Positions 26,601-27,084 of a stretch of 27,084 bases of DNA are shown piece after piece (positions within the stretch are counted from its first letter, which is position 1; the number at the start of each line of letters is the position of its first letter). The translations under genes were made by a program, and so were the position numbers. Source of the stretch: a virus (taxonomy: Duplodnaviria > Caudoviricetes); IMG/VR virus record IMGVR_UViG_3300034062_000705, positions 1 through 27,084 of that record. One strand, 5' to 3'. Under the pieces are notes generated by a model. The model did not search any database, was not told the origin of the DNA, and saw only the letters and a list, made by a program, of their open reading frames with translations.

Positions 26601-27022
26601 GAGTAGTCTTTTACGCGATAGATGTACCGCTGCTTGATGGCATTCAAGTCACCTTGAATAACAATATTTCCGCCCTGTGGGTGGTACAGGTTGTCAGGGA
26701 AAGGATTGCTGCCTGTGTTACCTGTATCGTATGTGTATCCGTAAATTCCTTTTTGGAACTGAATGTATAGAGTAGCGTTGCCTGTGATTGTATACTTTTG
26801 TGCCTCTGTCCACGCACGACGGAGTGTTGCAAAGGGCTTGGCTAGAGTGCCGTCACCACTATCGTCGCTTCCCCATGTGAGTCCTGTCCATGTGCCAGCA
26901 GATCCAGTCTTGCCCAAACCGTTGTTGGGTGGAGACAGGTAGATGGTGGTGTCTTCTGCAATAAACTTGAGGTTTAGCAGGGCGTTGTTGGCTGCCGATG
27001 GTAGTGGGGAAAAGTCTGGCAT
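23624..27022 (-). CDS. Large virion protein, probable right-handed beta-helix tailspike/fibre
   Basis: 1132 aa, rich in G/S/T/N/Y. The N-terminal IYLSP...GSDDSGDGTLAKPFATLRRA...IQFQKGIY matches the cap motif that opens pectin-lyase-like beta-helices. Preceded by a late promoter box. Confidence 0.65.
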   Translation of the reverse strand: MPDFSPLPSAANNALLNLKFIAEDTTIYLSPPNNGLGKTGSAGTWTGLTWGSDDSGDGTLAKPFATLRRAWTEAQKYTITGNATLYIQFQKGIYGYTYDTGNTGSNPFPDNLYHPQGGNIVIQGDLNAIKQRYIYRVKDYSWDLSRVAYFGHTGTVNTWYAVHAGGDTAANYPLGNGNTAHGFSAEDEFGYVSVSNAFLHSSTIIGYNDALNGVASAKYTNTHGHNFGRHVYNHGLSYEDSQAILGLARIEGASSSAFDLALQFKWINLDGRINTYPNTTVNGKLPGGLGNGLTGYGTLGNNPCYPEPQYSQPNGFYGPTFGVSSSLATIDPYSSSSVGGVQFGIASGVSVGYPARNAGEVHVSDDAHLLTNFPVVIKTYSSGSITFNNGTNAQPIPLVIEGGTIKSIRNLMFVNGHVEGASYGAKSVCSGWDHQLNAVSASVTRYASNPGMIVQDGGSTSIRNLGFLGYGLSVNSPVCVYVNNGTLLSDMGFDASNYMEYSPGVHNVGSTFYYPKLGLLMNTPIFVSSHSAGIHVDGPNGVVDFTNGFRTSSKLSDSYCNQAVLMQSITPATNMLFSFNNAKMYMGPLDISYNSYTPGYTQLRLDIPQFSGSTLSNGLTAAFYVPEIFANTRGDRYKSVVGYKNQGGTRTAVLRAFNIIETTVDQKAASTGWTLGTWRNGAGTVVNERPVKNQSVIFHCQKLNTPAFDTIEAVRSWLNASAGNTLEFFAYSNNTEGTTLEYLGLGNGGIVLGCSGGTTLSCSTTALGTNKGTEFGLTLTNSSANGVGERSKDYVRLYGFGANNGHSILTSLGGKFYIAGNAIFRGRCYSQIVSSGGDSVVKSARGAISIRDFTHSGVLVQQKPAILALGGVHIKHPFGFGYGGWELGNDYGYGIYSRHGAYLSLGYNSDYHDPVVIGLPYSRRAHVNEAGQNMGFYNKGGTTELGINTANISIPFLLDHNTQSDWTAGTYISVIAAFDGGYYAESSDTTAIKYYFGYNSLASGCGALWHIWNTSQGQSNLFINTMTRGTFGLPTSGNGTQLMYNIPRGMTMWWIKGATGWVGGSGTPSTSNNLLYKSPVNFGGAGSIDQNLIPSANQIASAFTANPPGYSGPALYRGTQTVLNAYYSSGGG

Positions 27023-27029
27023 ATGTGTT

Positions 27030-27037
27030 TATTTATG
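27030..27037 (-). promoter_or_regulatory. Late promoter box (CATAAATA) for the 1132-aa gene
   Basis: One mismatch to TATAAATA, 7 nt upstream of the ATG. Confidence 0.7.
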
Positions 27038-27084
27038 GGTGTTTTTTGTTCTGCCTGTTAGTACTAGTGATGATCCCATGTGTG

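Noticed and set aside
15-26770. Numerous plus-strand ORFs of 60-190 aa in the ORF track
   Set aside because: All lie antisense to well-recognised minus-strand genes, show no recognisable motifs, and are the expected shadow of codon bias.
101-27022. Possible stop-codon reassignment, since TAG ends only one gene
   Set aside because: All core genes are full length under the standard code and the 90-aa ORF ends in TAG; there is no fragmentation to suggest recoding.
21709-27022. More AT-rich fibre genes as a recent horizontal acquisition
   Set aside because: They show the same ACGT avoidance and the same late box as the core, which argues for long residence; amino-acid composition and expression level can explain the shift.
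27026-27084. 3' end of an upstream minus-strand gene
   Set aside because: Two frames stay open up to the late box and the fragment is too short to choose between them.
1-27084. Introns, inteins, homing endonucleases, tRNAs, CRISPR arrays, DGR template/variable repeats
   Set aside because: Core genes have normal lengths, intergenic gaps are about 110 nt or less, and I saw no such motifs or long near-identical repeats by eye.

Overview
This window is a 27 kb segment of a T4-like (Tevenvirinae/Kyanoviridae-style) myophage genome, with every gene on the minus strand. In transcription order (right to left) it carries a 1132-aa probable beta-helix tailspike/fibre, a LamG-domain virion protein and a 90-aa ORF. 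The conserved neck/packaging/tail/head block follows (gp13, 14, 15, 16, 17, 18, 19, 20, 67-like, 21, 22, 23, then gp3). Next is the recombination/late-transcription block: uvsY, an inserted divergent dCMP-deaminase-like gene, uvsW, an Sm-like hypothetical, gp55, gp47, gp46, a conserved hypothetical and the start of RNase H. Regulatory signals are visible: gp55-type late boxes (nnTAAATA and variants), two sigma70-type promoters and a terminator after gp23. The backbone is ordinary. The points worth a second look are a recurring G-x-T motif concentrated in variable, probably exposed parts of several unrelated virion proteins (a possible modification sequon), near-complete avoidance of several 4-bp palindromes, two probably leaderless late transcripts, a shared initiation signal for the sheath and capsid genes, and the atypical deaminase. 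All assignments come from motif recognition and gene order, not database searches, and all counts were made by hand.
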